From a virus (lineage: Duplodnaviria > Caudoviricetes): 34,073 nucleotides of DNA. A program made the translations under genes and the position numbers. Positions 33,941 to 34,073 of the stretch are shown one piece after another (within the stretch, counting starts at the first letter, position 1; each line of letters starts with the position of its first letter). The stretch is taken from the IMG/VR virus record IMGVR_UViG_3300025801_000014, positions 1 to 34,073 of that record; one strand, 5' to 3'. The notes beneath the pieces were generated by a model that worked only from the letters and a program-made list of their open reading frames with translations, was not told where the DNA came from and did no database searches.

Positions 33941-34073
33941 TGACAGAGAGCTACACGTATTGAGTCACTCATTGTGATGATGAATAGGATCATGTCATGA
34001 ATACAGCGAAAAGCCACCGCAAACATGCAGGTCAGGTCCATGATCTTTTTTTGAAAAGCGACGGCCTGGCGTC

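Larger units (their letters stand above)
1..34073. mobile_element. Actinobacteriophage (siphovirus, HK97-type head) genome, apparently complete
   Basis: Continuous packaging-head-neck-tail-lysis-replication gene order; HNH near the right end and small terminase near the left end, consistent with a genome opened in the packaging region; no host housekeeping genes seen. Confidence 0.93.

Noticed and set aside
1-34073. tRNA genes, reverse transcriptase/DGR, introns, inteins
   Set aside because: No cloverleaf, RT YxDD context, adenine-specific variable repeat or intein termini noticed by eye; a tool scan is still advisable

Overview
An apparently complete or near-complete ~34 kb, high-GC actinobacterial siphovirus genome. 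The LPXTG protein's C-terminal tail hints at a filamentous actinomycete host (inference). The left arm (0.3-18.9 kb, +) carries terminases, HK97-type portal/protease/capsid, a glycosyltransferase-methyltransferase fusion, neck genes, two paralogous tail-tube-like genes, a frameshifted chaperone, the tape measure, a tail-tip protein, a poly-gamma-glutamate-hydrolase tail protein and lysis genes. The centre (19.0-21.3 kb, -) holds a three-gene leftward operon with an all-pentapeptide-repeat protein and a 12-unit G-rich tandem array; I found no integrase, repressor or ParA. The right arm (21.5-33.9 kb, +) encodes DUF932, a BldC/Xis-like HTH, exonuclease plus annealase, RuvC, replication initiator, helicase-loader-like protein, PadR, an LPXTG surface protein, a DNA methyltransferase, a PAPS-reductase-like enzyme and an HNH. 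The most unusual signals are: (1) two 'repeat (33-35 bp) / insert (34-39 bp) / repeat' units whose inserts are antisense to diverged versions of the phage's own genes (padR clearly, terL weakly); (2) a tail-tip domain apparently split across two genes by an inserted PGA hydrolase; (3) the capsid-linked GT-MTase fusion; (4) the G-quadruplex-like array grown from a recurring hairpin family. All product calls rest on motifs and synteny; no database searches were run.
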